Sequence record: PP534475.1 | Strand: one strand, 5' to 3' | Origin: Escherichia phage YJin-2024a | Length of the DNA: 64,000 nt | Shown: positions 1-8,220 of the stretch, piece after piece | Position numbering within the stretch: position 1 is the stretch's first letter | Layout of the letters: the number at the start of each line of letters is the position of its first letter | The notes under the pieces: model-generated | What the model saw: the letters and a program-made list of their open reading frames with translations, nothing else | Databases searched by the model: none | What the model was told of the DNA's origin: nothing | Position numbers and translations under genes: made by a program

Positions 1-2
1 AT

Positions 3-90
3 TGGTGGGGAAAGATGGAGTCGAACCACCCGAGTCGCAATGACAACTGATTTACAGTCAGCTCTGCTACCACTTACAGAATATTTCCCC
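3..90 (-). tRNA. tRNA-Tyr (anticodon GTA), class II with long variable arm
   Basis: Reverse complement folds with acceptor GGGGAAA/TTTCCCC, anticodon stem GCTGA/TCAGT, loop CTGTAAA, T-arm GGTGG-TTCGACT-CCATC, encoded CCA; resembles E. coli tRNA-Tyr from memory. Confidence 0.7.
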
Positions 91-221
91 ATATTTAGAA
101 GTATTCAAAAAATTCTAATTTAAACACTTTTAAATATGTTTCCAAATTAGATAACTATTATACCAAGTTTTAAGGCACTGAGCAAGTCAAATTTTAAAGA
201 ACTTGCTCAGTGCTGTATTAG

Positions 222-497
222 TTAGTCGAACTTAGGAGCGACAGTTAAGGAGAACGGAAGTTCGAAAACTTCTTCGCCCTCATCACTAACAGTAATTACA
301 CGACCTTTAAGTTCAGACATTGAAATATCAATATCAGCTTTTGCATCTGGAGCCATGCCAGCTTCAACACATTTAGCTTTAATTTCCGGCAGAAGTTCTA
401 CATCGTAGAAATAAAGCCATTCAATCTCACCTTCCCAGCCTTCCCAGGATTTACAGATTGCACTTTCAATACCAGTTGCTATAACACGATTTTGCAT
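222..497 (-). CDS. hypothetical protein
   Basis: 91-aa ORF downstream of a T5-type early promoter (approx 505-540, minus strand). Confidence 0.45.
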   Translation of the reverse strand: MQNRVIATGIESAICKSWEGWEGEIEWLYFYDVELLPEIKAKCVEAGMAPDAKADIDISMSELKGRVITVSDEGEEVFELPFSLTVAPKFD

Positions 498-587
498 TCG
501 TTAACTCCTTCATCAATTTATATAACTATTATACCAGAAATTTAAAGCAAAAGGCAAGTACATTTTTAAAAATTCTGTTTGGAGGAG

Positions 588-794
588 CTAAACTCCAGAT
601 TCTTCAGCCAAGTCTAGACTAATAAGAGATATAGCCATAATTGCCGCTCCATGTTCTTTTTCTCCAGTCTCTTTAGCTAGAGTTATAATGTCAAGAAATT
701 GCTTATGAAAATCTGCAACCTCTTGAGTTATACCTGCCTCAGCAATCATACCTTTAAGCATGAAACGTTGTGCGGTAATTTCAGGATTAGCCAT
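588..794 (-). CDS. hypothetical protein
   Basis: 68-aa ORF; start overlaps stop of upstream small ORF (ATGGCTAA). Confidence 0.45.
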   Translation of the reverse strand: MANPEITAQRFMLKGMIAEAGITQEVADFHKQFLDIITLAKETGEKEHGAAIMAISLISLDLAEESGV

Positions 795-954
795 GTTGTT
801 TCTCCAGTTTCATCTTTAATAGTCTACAAATAAAATCAATGTCTTCATCCGTGCCTAGATCTCTATCTTCAAGAGTTGCCTTGAAGTTTTTAGTCAATTC
901 CATAAGGATGACTTCCCTAGAACGACGTGTTGGCGGAGGTGGATGTCTATACAT
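787..954 (-). CDS. small Pro-rich hypothetical protein (55 aa)
   Basis: ORF below track threshold; stop overlaps the next start, suggesting translational coupling. Confidence 0.3.
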   Translation of the reverse strand: MYRHPPPPTRRSREVILMELTKNFKATLEDRDLGTDEDIDFICRLLKMKLEKQHG

Positions 955-969
955 CTTATTTCCTTAATT

Positions 970-1046
970 TGGTAGGGGTGGTGGGATTCGAACCCACAAA
1001 ACCTGAATTTTAAGTCCAGTACCTATGCCAATTCGATTACACCCCC
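970..1046 (-). tRNA. tRNA, probable anticodon TAA (identity uncertain)
   Basis: Acceptor GGGGGTG/CACCCCT, anticodon stem CTGGA/TTCAG with loop CTTAAAA, T-arm GTGGG-TTCGAAT-CCCAC, encoded CCA; D-stem pairs poorly and variable arm is short for Leu. Confidence 0.5.
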
Positions 1047-1147
1047 GTGTAATCAGTTTATTAGTTGATACATATTATAGCCTAGTGAAAATCCTACTAC
1101 TAGTCCCACAAACCAACCAATATAATAATCTTTTAGTTTCACAGGTA

Positions 1148-1333
1148 TTATCCTCGTTCAATATCTAGGGAAATACCACAGTTAGGATTAATACCTGTAC
1201 CACTGCAATTTGGGCAAACCCAGATATTGCAAAAAGTATCTCCTGCTTCTGCATCAGAACTTTCACCAATTCCCCTACACTCAGGGCAGACACATTCTTC
1301 TAGCTCTTGCTTGAGTTCTTGAAACTTAGACAT
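1148..1333 (-). CDS. small Cys-rich zinc-ribbon protein
   Basis: 61 aa with CPEC..CNIWVCPNC..C spacing typical of a zinc ribbon. Confidence 0.45.
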   Translation of the reverse strand: MSKFQELKQELEECVCPECRGIGESSDAEAGDTFCNIWVCPNCSGTGINPNCGISLDIERG

Positions 1334-1341
1334 ATAGTCTC

Positions 1342-1743
1342 CTAATTAAGTTTTTCAAAACGACCTAGAGAATCTCTAGTCATCTTATTTAAGATTTTTC
1401 CCATATTCTGCTTTCTTGTGAATAATTCTAGGTTAGGTAAAGCATTATTAGACTTATCATCATCTTTGTGCTCTATTTCATAGCCTTCCGGTATTTCACC
1501 GTTGAAAGCCATCCATACGAGTCTGTGCACATATTCATTTTTACCTAGTCCCTTATTGCAAATTTTCACCTGAAAATATCCAGATTTACCATTGCAACGT
1601 GGAGATAATACCTTTCCTTTTATAGTTCTAGTGTACTCGCTATATTGATTTCGTTGTGTTATTATTCTATCCTTAGTTTCTATTGTACCATTTAAGTGTA
1701 CAATTAAAATAACACCAAAGTACTCAAATTCAACCTTTTCCAT
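1342..1743 (-). CDS. HNH homing endonuclease
   Basis: HRLVW...IEHKDDDKSNNALPNLELFTRKQN matches the HNH motif; sits inside the tRNA cluster. Confidence 0.6.
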   Translation of the reverse strand: MEKVEFEYFGVILIVHLNGTIETKDRIITQRNQYSEYTRTIKGKVLSPRCNGKSGYFQVKICNKGLGKNEYVHRLVWMAFNGEIPEGYEIEHKDDDKSNNALPNLELFTRKQNMGKILNKMTRDSLGRFEKLN

Positions 1744-1757
1744 ACGTAATACCTAAT

Positions 1758-1832
1758 TGGTGGGTCGGAGGAGAATCTAACTCCTACTCATTAGCTTATG
1801 AGGCCACCGCTTTAACTTTAAGCTACCGACCC
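1758..1832 (-). tRNA. tRNA-like RNA with non-canonical anticodon arm
   Basis: Good acceptor GGGTCGG/CCGACCC, D-arm GCTT-AAAGTTA-AAGC, T-arm AGGAG-TTAGATT-CTCCT and CCA, but the only stable stem in the anticodon region (CTCAT/ATGAG) encloses a 6-nt loop. Confidence 0.4.
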
Positions 1833-1838
1833 TATGTT

Positions 1839-1932
1839 TGGAGGAAGATGCCAGACTCGAACTGGCACACCGTGTTTCCACAGTTACTGGCTGTTTAGCA
1901 AACAGCTCCCTTACCTTTAGGGTTAATCTTCC
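1839..1932 (-). tRNA. tRNA-Ser (anticodon GCT), class II
   Basis: Acceptor GGAAGAT/ATCTTCC, anticodon stem GCTGT/ACAGC with loop TTGCTAA, long variable arm, T-arm GCCAG-TTCGAGT-CTGGC. Confidence 0.65.
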
Positions 1933-1953
1933 AAATTTATAAGATATATTATA

Positions 1954-2466
1954 TTAGAAATTTAGCTTCATAGCAAGAAAATTTTTCAAGTTTTCGGTAG
2001 ACATCTCATCCACATCTATAGGAGAAACAAAGCCGTTTAATTTTCTAGCAAATTTTTCACCTGCAGGGTCATTATCCCCGACAGCTACCAATTTAAAAGG
2101 TAGTAATTTCAGTTGCTTTAATAACGCAACTGCCTTAAATACAGATTCAGCAATCAATACTACTTTTTCATCTCCATTGAGAGTTTCTAGTCCCCATACA
2201 CACTGGGTAGTAGAATGAGTAAAGTATTTAGCTTCAAAGGGGCACTTACCATGACCTTTTGGAGCAGAAGGATTATAAGTTTGATAGCCCCTCAACATCC
2301 CAGAGAAGTCATATAACGGGACTGTTAGCCATCCTTCCGGACTTAACCAGCAATGATATTTATCTGTATCAAATCCTCTAGATAAGAGGTGCTGTGTTAG
2401 CTCATCAACATTCATATTTGGTTCCTCTCTCAAATTTATAGATATATTATACAGAGAATTTAGCAT
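1954..2466 (-). CDS. hypothetical protein with Toprim-like motifs
   Basis: VVLIAESVFKA ... VAVGDNDPAGEKFARKL resembles the Toprim E and DxD signature. Confidence 0.4.
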   Translation of the reverse strand: MLNSLYNISINLREEPNMNVDELTQHLLSRGFDTDKYHCWLSPEGWLTVPLYDFSGMLRGYQTYNPSAPKGHGKCPFEAKYFTHSTTQCVWGLETLNGDEKVVLIAESVFKAVALLKQLKLLPFKLVAVGDNDPAGEKFARKLNGFVSPIDVDEMSTENLKNFLAMKLNF

Positions 2467-2590
2467 TCAAGCAATCAAATTTTTTAACTTTTTAGAGAAA
2501 AATCATAGGGCACTTAAGGATAGCAGATAAGTGGTGAGGACCAAAATTTGTGACCCCACTAAAAATCCGGGGGTAATTTTTAAAGACCCC

Positions 2591-2619
2591 TTGACATTTT
2601 CGCTGGGGTAGTGTAAAGT
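2591..2619 (+). promoter_or_regulatory. sigma70-type promoter TTGACA-17-TAAAGT
   Basis: Consensus -35, 17-nt spacer, near-consensus -10; AGGAGG RBS 8 nt before ATG at 2682. Confidence 0.6.
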
Positions 2620-2681
2620 ATATGTTATGGATGAGTGATCAAAGAGACACACATTTTCTATATACTAGGAGGTGTCAAAAA

Positions 2682-3674
2682 ATGACAGAAGAAGTAGCTA
2701 AGAGTCCTGAGACCGTCGCTAGCGTTGCAGCAGAACTGCACCGTCACGAGGAATCAGATAAGAAAAAGTGGGAGAAGGTCAGAGCCTACGAAGAGAAACA
2801 TCGTGAACACGATGAAGATGATGAAGAAGATGACGATGATGAGTATTGTCATAAATATGGAAAACGTAAAATGCAAGAACCAGTAAACGTATTCACTAGT
2901 GGCTTCCCTGGCCTAATGGGTGGTTACCCAGCAAACGCAGGTGCTTTCGGTGGTGAAGGTATGGGACTATTCGGAGCTATCCTAATCGGTGCTCTATTAA
3001 CAGGCGGATTCGGTGGTTTCGGTGGATTCGGTGGACGTGGTGTAGTTGGTGAAGGTACCGCAGTTGATGCAGTACTTCAGAACCAAGATACCGCTAGTAT
3101 TCTAGCAGCTATTAACACTACTCGTACAGAGGCTAACCAGGGTACTGGAGCTGTTTTAAGCGCAGTTAATAATGGTTTTAGCCAGACATCCCAAAACCAG
3201 AGCCGTGATACTCAGTCTGTACTAACTACGATCTATGGTACAGGTGCTAATCTGTCTAATCAGATCTGCCAGGAAACTCGCAACGTTATTCAGGGTCAGT
3301 TCGATCTTTCTCGCCAGATTGATCAAGCTTTCGCAGCTAATCAGATAGCTCGTGCACAAGATAAGTTTGATTCTGCACAGATCGCTTTCCAGCAGACTTT
3401 ACAAACTAATAACCAGTTTGCCGCTGTTCAGGCTCAGATGTGTGCTAACCAGAACTCTCTGGAACGTCAGATCGCTGAATGTTGCTGTGAACTTCAGACT
3501 GCGATTGCTGGTGTAACTACTGCGCGTATCCAGGATGAGTTAGACGCGTGTCGTCTACGTGAAGCAATCGCTGCGGGTAGCGGTGCTAACGGTCAGGTAA
3601 TTAATCAAATCGCTTTAAGTCTTGGTGCTATCACTCAGACTCTGGCTGGTCTGCAGGCTAAACTGCCGGCTTAA
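2682..3674 (+). CDS. membrane protein: acidic N-terminus, glycine-zipper segment, Gln/Asn/Thr-rich Cys-containing C-terminus
   Basis: Start moved to ATG 2682 because of the RBS; GGFGGFGGFGG hydrophobic Gly-zipper; DEDDEEDDDDE acidic tract; no recognisable family. Confidence 0.6.
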   Translation: MTEEVAKSPETVASVAAELHRHEESDKKKWEKVRAYEEKHREHDEDDEEDDDDEYCHKYGKRKMQEPVNVFTSGFPGLMGGYPANAGAFGGEGMGLFGAILIGALLTGGFGGFGGFGGRGVVGEGTAVDAVLQNQDTASILAAINTTRTEANQGTGAVLSAVNNGFSQTSQNQSRDTQSVLTTIYGTGANLSNQICQETRNVIQGQFDLSRQIDQAFAANQIARAQDKFDSAQIAFQQTLQTNNQFAAVQAQMCANQNSLERQIAECCCELQTAIAGVTTARIQDELDACRLREAIAAGSGANGQVINQIALSLGAITQTLAGLQAKLPA

Positions 3675-3695
3675 TATTAAGGGGAGGAGCCCATT

Positions 3696-4112
3696 ATGAG
3701 TAAATATGGTTTTGTAAATAACGGACTTAATCAAAGTATGGGCTCCCAGCAGCCCGTTCCGGGTCTGGATAACCCCTACTTACAACAGTTGCAACAGCGT
3801 TTAGCAGAAGCGCAACAGATGCAGCAACAACTCCAGCAAAACCCTGGAAGTGTAAGTCCTATGCAAATGATGCAGCAAATGAGCGGGCAGTCGCAAATGC
3901 CTCAACAAATGCAGCAACAGATGCCGCAGCAGCAAGTTCAGCAACAAACCCAACAACCGCAGGTTTCTGCGGAGGGACAGGCAGTACTAGCCCTTTTCGA
4001 AGACTTCGCAAAGACAGAGGATGGGAAACAGCTTGTATCACTTATGGGTAAGTTTAATAGCTTCTGCCAAAGCCAAGTTGCAAAAGCTCAAAATGGTGGT
4101 AATAACTCCTAA
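3696..4112 (+). CDS. Gln-rich low-complexity protein
   Basis: 138 aa with PQQMQQQMPQQQVQQQTQQPQ tract; GGAGG RBS upstream. Confidence 0.55.
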   Translation: MSKYGFVNNGLNQSMGSQQPVPGLDNPYLQQLQQRLAEAQQMQQQLQQNPGSVSPMQMMQQMSGQSQMPQQMQQQMPQQQVQQQTQQPQVSAEGQAVLALFEDFAKTEDGKQLVSLMGKFNSFCQSQVAKAQNGGNNS

Positions 4113-4121
4113 GGAGAAATT

Positions 4122-4316
4122 ATGTGTTGCAGAAAATCTGTTTCGTGCTGCCCAATGCCTGTAGCACGTTGTTGCTCTCCAGCAATGTTTACGCAAATAC
4201 CGGCGTTCAATCCGTTTGCCTTTAAGCCTACTCTTATCCTGCCCCCTAGAGTAGATTTTCAGTCAAGATTGGCCTCCCGTATGGGTGGTTGCTGTACACC
4301 GAGAGTGTGGTTCTAA
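4122..4316 (+). CDS. small Cys-rich hypothetical protein
   Basis: 64 aa with several CC pairs; last ORF before the terminator; may not be coding. Confidence 0.3.
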   Translation: MCCRKSVSCCPMPVARCCSPAMFTQIPAFNPFAFKPTLILPPRVDFQSRLASRMGGCCTPRVWF

Positions 4317-4329
4317 ACCAAAAACAAAA

Positions 4330-4362
4330 GCCCCTGCCGAAAGGTAAGGGGCTTTTTCTTTT
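4330..4362 (+). terminator. intrinsic terminator
   Basis: GCCCCT...AGGGGC hairpin with inner GAAA loop followed by TTTTTCTTTT. Confidence 0.7.
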
Positions 4363-4365
4363 GCC

Positions 4366-4408
4366 TTAAATACAGAAAAGCCCTGCGCTCTCCAGGAAAC
4401 GCAGGGCT
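4366..4408 (-). terminator. intrinsic terminator for the convergent SPFH gene
   Basis: 8-bp GC-rich hairpin GCCCTGCG/CGCAGGGC followed on the minus strand by TTTTCTGTATTT. Confidence 0.65.
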
Positions 4409-4432
4409 TACTTCAGATGTTACATGCGGGTA

Positions 4433-5380
4433 TTATTTATTACGCATATCCATAATCATTTGGCCATCGTAACCAGTTCCCACTACTGTTTGCGGTACAC
4501 CACCTTGGTATTTCTGAGCACGAATCATTTCGACTTCCAGTTGTTTCCAACGAATCATCTCAGGAGTAATGGTACGTTGCAGTGCGGCGTTAGCTTCAGC
4601 TTCTTTCTTAGCTGCATACAGTTTAGCATCTGCATCACGTTCGTTAGCAATAGCTTGGTTATTACGAGCTTCGCGATCTGCTTCTGCTTGTTTAACCTTC
4701 TGCTGTGCTTCTTGTTCAACACGAGCCAACTCAGCTTTTGCAGCATTAACTTGCTCTTCACGAACTTTGGTATTCTGTACCTGTTCCATGATTACTGGAG
4801 GCAGAGTAATATCCTGAAGGAATACCTGCTTAACTGTGTAACCATATGGGCGTGCATACTCTTCAACTTCTTGTTGAATTGCAGTTTGCAATTGAGCCTG
4901 AATTTTAGCATCAAACAAATCTTGTGCTTTAGGTACAGACTTACCAAACTCACGAATAGTAGACAGTAATTTTTCAGTTACATACTTGTCTAGCGCCTGA
5001 TCCTGAGTACCTGCGTTAATGCGGTTAATCGGTGCCTTAGAACCATCAAACTGCAACATAACAGTCAGGTCAACAGTGGATTTAAACTTATCCTGACTAG
5101 GAACCTGAAGTTTATCTAATTTTAGAGCAATATCTTTAGTACTAAAAGTATCGAAAGAAGCAAAAGGATTTACAATATGAAAGCCGGGTAATACTGGGCT
5201 AGGGTCAACTTTACCCAGGAAAGTCTGGGTTTTAACAGTACCGTCTTGAACAACAGTATAGGAGTTAAGGGCCAGAACTAAACCTACCAAACCAACTGCA
5301 GCACCAATACCCCAACGTTTGATATTACGCATCAATTTTTGCTCATAAGTCAGTTCTTTAGTGTTTTTAGTAGCAAACAT
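4433..5380 (-). CDS. SPFH/band-7 (prohibitin/HflKC-like) membrane protein
   Basis: N-terminal TM helix, SPFH-like core, long Ala/Glu/Gln-rich coiled coil (AKAELARVEQEAQQKVKQAEADREARNNQ). Confidence 0.65.
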   Translation of the reverse strand: MFATKNTKELTYEQKLMRNIKRWGIGAAVGLVGLVLALNSYTVVQDGTVKTQTFLGKVDPSPVLPGFHIVNPFASFDTFSTKDIALKLDKLQVPSQDKFKSTVDLTVMLQFDGSKAPINRINAGTQDQALDKYVTEKLLSTIREFGKSVPKAQDLFDAKIQAQLQTAIQQEVEEYARPYGYTVKQVFLQDITLPPVIMEQVQNTKVREEQVNAAKAELARVEQEAQQKVKQAEADREARNNQAIANERDADAKLYAAKKEAEANAALQRTITPEMIRWKQLEVEMIRAQKYQGGVPQTVVGTGYDGQMIMDMRNK

Positions 5381-5414
5381 ATATTTCCTTTGTTTTAGTT
5401 ACAGTTAATAAAAT

Positions 5415-5489
5415 TGGCCGAGGTGACAGGATTCGAACCTGCATAAAGGAATTTAGAAGACTCCTGCCTCTCCCTTAGACTACACCCCG
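5415..5489 (-). tRNA. tRNA-Arg (anticodon TCT)
   Basis: Acceptor CGGGGTG/CACCTCG, D-arm GTCT-AAGGGAG-AGGC, anticodon stem GGAGT/ATTCC with loop CTTCTAA, T-arm GCAGG-TTCGAAT-CCTGT, CCA. Confidence 0.7.
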
Positions 5490-6286
5490 TTTAAGTATTT
5501 TTAAGAACTCTCGTAAAAACTCTTAAAAATACAGACGATACCGGGAGAGTCATAAGTCTCACTCATTAAGTATTTCAAGACAAAATACAGTAACGTCTAT
5601 TATTTTCCAGTTTAAGTCAGGGTGACTTAGTGGTTATGTCCTGCGGTATATTGAGGACTCGGTTAGGCTTGGGGTCATGACTTCCCACCTTTTGCTGCTA
5701 CTCAACAGGAGTTATCGCGAATTACCTGTGCTATTGTGCACCATTAGTGACATCTCTCATGTCAGCATTTCCCACTTTGTGGATAGCTTGAAAAACTACT
5801 CCGATATGGAGAAAGAACTTCACTATCCTAGAATACCTTCTAAAGTTCTTCTTTAGCCTGGACATAGTTAAATCGTAATAAAACTATTCAGCAGACTGGT
5901 TGGTTAGTCTGGAACCAACTACCGCGTGGTTTAGGCAGTGCGCAACTAACCTCGGAAGCTTTTACATTAAAAGCACCAGTTATCCAGTTCTTACCGACCG
6001 TAGGACTCGAACCTACATCTTCCACCAGTTACGGCTTGATAATACCAATTATACTAGGACGGCAGTGTTACTACATAAGTGATTTCCACACCCCACTATT
6101 TATAAATTAGAGAAGAGTTTAGGGGAGAGGTTTCAGACGCCTCATTTTACACGTTCTAGCCACTAACCGGGATTGCCGCCCCCTGTGTACTAGTTTTACA
6201 ACTAACCCACCGACTCTATTCAATGCGCTCCGGTTGGGATTCTGCACTCAGCGTAATCGGCTCGCTGTTCTCTAATTTATGAATAT

Positions 6287-6315
6287 ATTATACAGAATTT
6301 AAAGGCATTTAGCAA
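6287..6315 (-). promoter_or_regulatory. T5-type early promoter (TTGCTA-17-TATAAT) firing into the ORF-free region 5490-6280
   Basis: Minus-strand consensus hexamers with AT-rich upstream element; -35 lies 9 nt after the stop of the 6324-6767 gene. Confidence 0.6.
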
Positions 6316-6323
6316 ATAAATTT

Positions 6324-6767
6324 TTAATTAAATTCGCCAGCAATCTGAGCAGCAGTACCGCCATCATAACGCCCAGGAAATTCTTCCTTAATCGCTTTCA
6401 TCAGCATACCCTTTGTAATTCCAGGGTTTAGCTTAACTAATTCTGCAAAGTATTTACGAATCTCAGTATCAGATAACTGAGGAGGCAGATACTCCTGCAA
6501 CCACTTATTTAGAATGTATTCATACTGAGCGGACTGCAAGCTATAACTATCAAGATCTTGACCATGAAGTTTAGCTTTCATCTGGTTAATGCTTTTTAGT
6601 TGCGCTTTGAGATAAGACACAAATTGTTCAGAAGTGATGAAATCTTTATCAATACGCTGAAGATCCCCGATTATGGTCTGATAGCTTTTAGCGACTTCTT
6701 TATCAGAACCATTAAACTTAGAATCCTGCAAAGCTCTACGCAAAACATCTAAAATATTCTCTTCCAT
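6324..6767 (-). CDS. YqeY/GatB-C-terminal-domain-like protein
   Basis: C-terminal GMLMKAIKEEFPGRYDGGTAAQIAGEF resembles the GatB/YqeY motif. Confidence 0.5.
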   Translation of the reverse strand: MEENILDVLRRALQDSKFNGSDKEVAKSYQTIIGDLQRIDKDFITSEQFVSYLKAQLKSINQMKAKLHGQDLDSYSLQSAQYEYILNKWLQEYLPPQLSDTEIRKYFAELVKLNPGITKGMLMKAIKEEFPGRYDGGTAAQIAGEFN

Positions 6768-6937
6768 TATTTCATTCCTAACGCTTGGTTAAAAGATTGT
6801 TCTGTCATAACTGCTGAGACTTTGGCGAAATCAAACTTTTTAGGGTTTGTAGTGATTTCAGCAACGTTAGAAGTTTTAACAGTTTTCGTAGTACGAATAC
6901 CGCGAGTGTTAACACCAATAATTACAACTGATTTCAT
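6767..6937 (-). CDS. small hypothetical protein (56 aa)
   Basis: ORF below track threshold; stop overlaps next start (TAATG); promoter at 6969-6997 upstream. Confidence 0.35.
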   Translation of the reverse strand: MKSVVIIGVNTRGIRTTKTVKTSNVAEITTNPKKFDFAKVSAVMTEQSFNQALGMK

Positions 6938-6968
6938 ATTTCGCTTCCTCTCATTAATTTATGGAAGT

Positions 6969-6997
6969 ATTATACGGAAATTTAAATATTTAAGCAA
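6969..6997 (-). promoter_or_regulatory. T5-type early promoter TTGCTT-17-TATAAT
   Basis: Consensus hexamers on the minus strand with AT-rich upstream region. Confidence 0.6.
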
Positions 6998-7005
6998 GTA
7001 AATTT

Positions 7006-7473
7006 TTAAGTTTTAGTGACAACAGGTTTATAGAATGTATGTCCCTTAATCTTAGTTGTTTTCTTAAATTTCTTTGTCCAGTAAGGTTTATCTTTACCAC
7101 TATGGAAGTATAGTGCTCCATATGTAGGATCTTGTGGTAAATCAACGTAGTATATCACTCTAGCTAAATTCTTAGCGGTTTGCCAAGCCTCATCAGTTTT
7201 ATCAACTTTTGGTCTCTTAGATACCCAAGAGAACTGGTTAGACTGATATACTACTTTACAGTAGGAATCTGGGAATTTACCGGAGTTTACACGGTTTTTA
7301 GTAACATGTGCAATCGCCGTCATTCCCTTTATGCCCTCACCACGACTCTCGAAATAGATATTTTTAGCAATGCAATCTATTTCTTTTGCATCGTGCGATG
7401 CCTGACTACTAAAGCTGAAGGTAAGGGCAGCTACTAAAAGCAAAGCTGCCTTCATTCTTTTTACTCCTGCCAA
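7006..7473 (-). CDS. secreted SleB-family cell-wall hydrolase
   Basis: Signal peptide MKAALLLVAALTFSFSSQA; NIYFESRGEGIKGMTAIAHVTKNRV matches the SleB hydrolase motif. Confidence 0.6.
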   Translation of the reverse strand: MAGVKRMKAALLLVAALTFSFSSQASHDAKEIDCIAKNIYFESRGEGIKGMTAIAHVTKNRVNSGKFPDSYCKVVYQSNQFSWVSKRPKVDKTDEAWQTAKNLARVIYYVDLPQDPTYGALYFHSGKDKPYWTKKFKKTTKIKGHTFYKPVVTKT

Positions 7474-7778
7474 TCATATTCAACACGATTGGGATTTTCT
7501 TTATACCCTAAGTCAAGCAAATCATTACGCATAGTTTGCTTAGCTACTGGGTTCGAGGTTACTAGTACCACTTTCTTTGGTCTCTGCCCAAATTCTAAGA
7601 GTAAACGAAGAATTTGATAACCTTCCATACCATCTACAGCTAAGTCATTATCCATATAAATGAAGTGGCCTGTGGTATCAGTTTTATTCAGAAACTCTAC
7701 AGCGGCTTCTGGGGTTCGAATGATAATGTCCATTCCGTGAAGATTACGCACATCATCAATCAAAATATGAAAAGTCAT
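7461..7778 (-). CDS. CheY-like receiver (REC)/flavodoxin-fold protein
   Basis: HILIDD, YMDNDLAVDGMEGYQIL and VVLVTSN align to REC Asp-pair, phospho-acceptor and Thr positions; overlaps hydrolase gene by 13 nt. Confidence 0.45.
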   Translation of the reverse strand: MTFHILIDDVRNLHGMDIIIRTPEAAVEFLNKTDTTGHFIYMDNDLAVDGMEGYQILRLLLEFGQRPKKVVLVTSNPVAKQTMRNDLLDLGYKENPNRVEYDWQE

Positions 7779-8220
7779 AATAGCCTCGTTTCATCAATTT
7801 AAAAATATATTATACATATAATTTAGTAGATTAGCAAATACATTTTTAAATTGTGAAACTAGTAAACCGATAAACAGCCTAGAGGCGCCACAGGCCATAT
7901 CTTATGAGCCATGTACCTTTGATCTAGGGTTTGAATCATCAACGAATACTTTGCATCTTTTAGCTTTAGAAGTTTAGAAGTTTGAGTTCTTTAAACTTTT
8001 CAGCTTTCATACTTAAATGTTGATCTTTGAAGTTGTGTCGGTAATATCAACGACGCTTTGTTCTTACGTGTCAGCTTAAAAGGCTGGTGTAATAAACATA
8101 ATCTCCAATAGATTATACTTTATAGTATGGTCAGCGGTCTTATTTAACCTCGTATTTCAACCGCTGCTGCGAGGTAAGATGCTTGGGCTTTCGTCTACCG
8201 ATTTACTAGCTTTTAAATTA

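Noticed and set aside
3859-4041. Minus-strand 60-aa ORF inside the Gln-rich gene
   Set aside because: Antisense to a better-supported gene; low-complexity translation of CAG/CTG-rich sequence
4424-4969. Plus-strand ORFs (4424-4969, 4569-4817) antisense to the SPFH gene
   Set aside because: Embedded in the longer SPFH ORF; start inside a terminator; low-complexity products
5900-6082. Plus-strand 60-aa ORF in the tRNA-like region
   Set aside because: Opposite to local transcription direction, no RBS, overlaps the T-arm-like element
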